NCBI GenBank assembly: GCA_964016885.1
Contig: OZ024740.1
Coordinates: forward strand, 210,986,001-211,050,000
Direction: 5' to 3'
DNA: 64,000 nucleotides
DNA from: Eledone cirrhosa
Taxonomy: Eukaryota
This document shows positions 63,618 through 64,000 of the stretch, one piece after another. Under the pieces are notes generated by a model, which did not search any database, had not been told where the DNA came from, and worked only from the letters and a program-made list of their open reading frames with translations. Position numbers and translations under genes: made by a program. The stretch's first letter is position 1. The number at the start of each line of letters is the position of its first letter.

Positions 63618-64000
63618 CACACATATATATACACATATATATATACACACACATACATACACATCTATAAAAAAAACCTACAATATACTAAAATATACAT
63701 CTAACTTCATCCATTAAAAGATGTATCTCGTACTAAACATGCACATATGTATCTGTATATAGACATATACATTCATTTATTTTTCTATTTATTTATTTAT
63801 GTGTATATGTATGCATGTATGTGTATAGATGTATGTATTTGGTTACATTGTTTATATTTGTGCATGTATAACAAGATGCATCCTTTCATGGATGACCCTG
63901 TATGACCTTTTGTGCAGATTTATATGACTGAGTATATCACATTTGAGTACGGACAGATATATGTATGCGTGTATGTATCTTTGTAGATGTACGTGGGCGC

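Noticed and set aside
54360-64000. R3H and SUZ domain exons of the host gene
   Set aside because: No RxxxH or EEREEEY-like coding segment with splice sites was found; they are presumably upstream, beyond the window.

Overview
AT-rich, repeat-dense animal genomic DNA. The SINE families, (TA)n/(CA)n/(GA)n tracts and Penelope-like elements suggest a coleoid cephalopod such as Octopus; this is an inference. The minus strand carries the 3' part of an R3H-domain/SUZ RNA-binding protein gene (R3HDM1/R3HDM2/ARPP21, Drosophila encore family). Ten GT-AG exons from 54359 down to a stop at 673 splice in frame (2460 nt, 819 aa + stop); the R3H/SUZ exons were not found and probably lie beyond 64000. The introns hold three long minisatellites (42, 45 and 32 bp units), many SINEs, MITEs, decayed RTE and CRE LINE ends, and several Penelope-like elements with long fold-back inverted repeats. 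The most striking observation is two diverged Tx1-clade (L1-like) retrotransposons, one with an intact ORF2. Both are inserted in the same orientation at the same nucleotide (GC^TATCATGTAG) of a palindrome-rich 32-bp minisatellite, with 12- and 14-bp target-site duplications and no poly(A) tail. This points to a sequence-specific retrotransposon/target pair.
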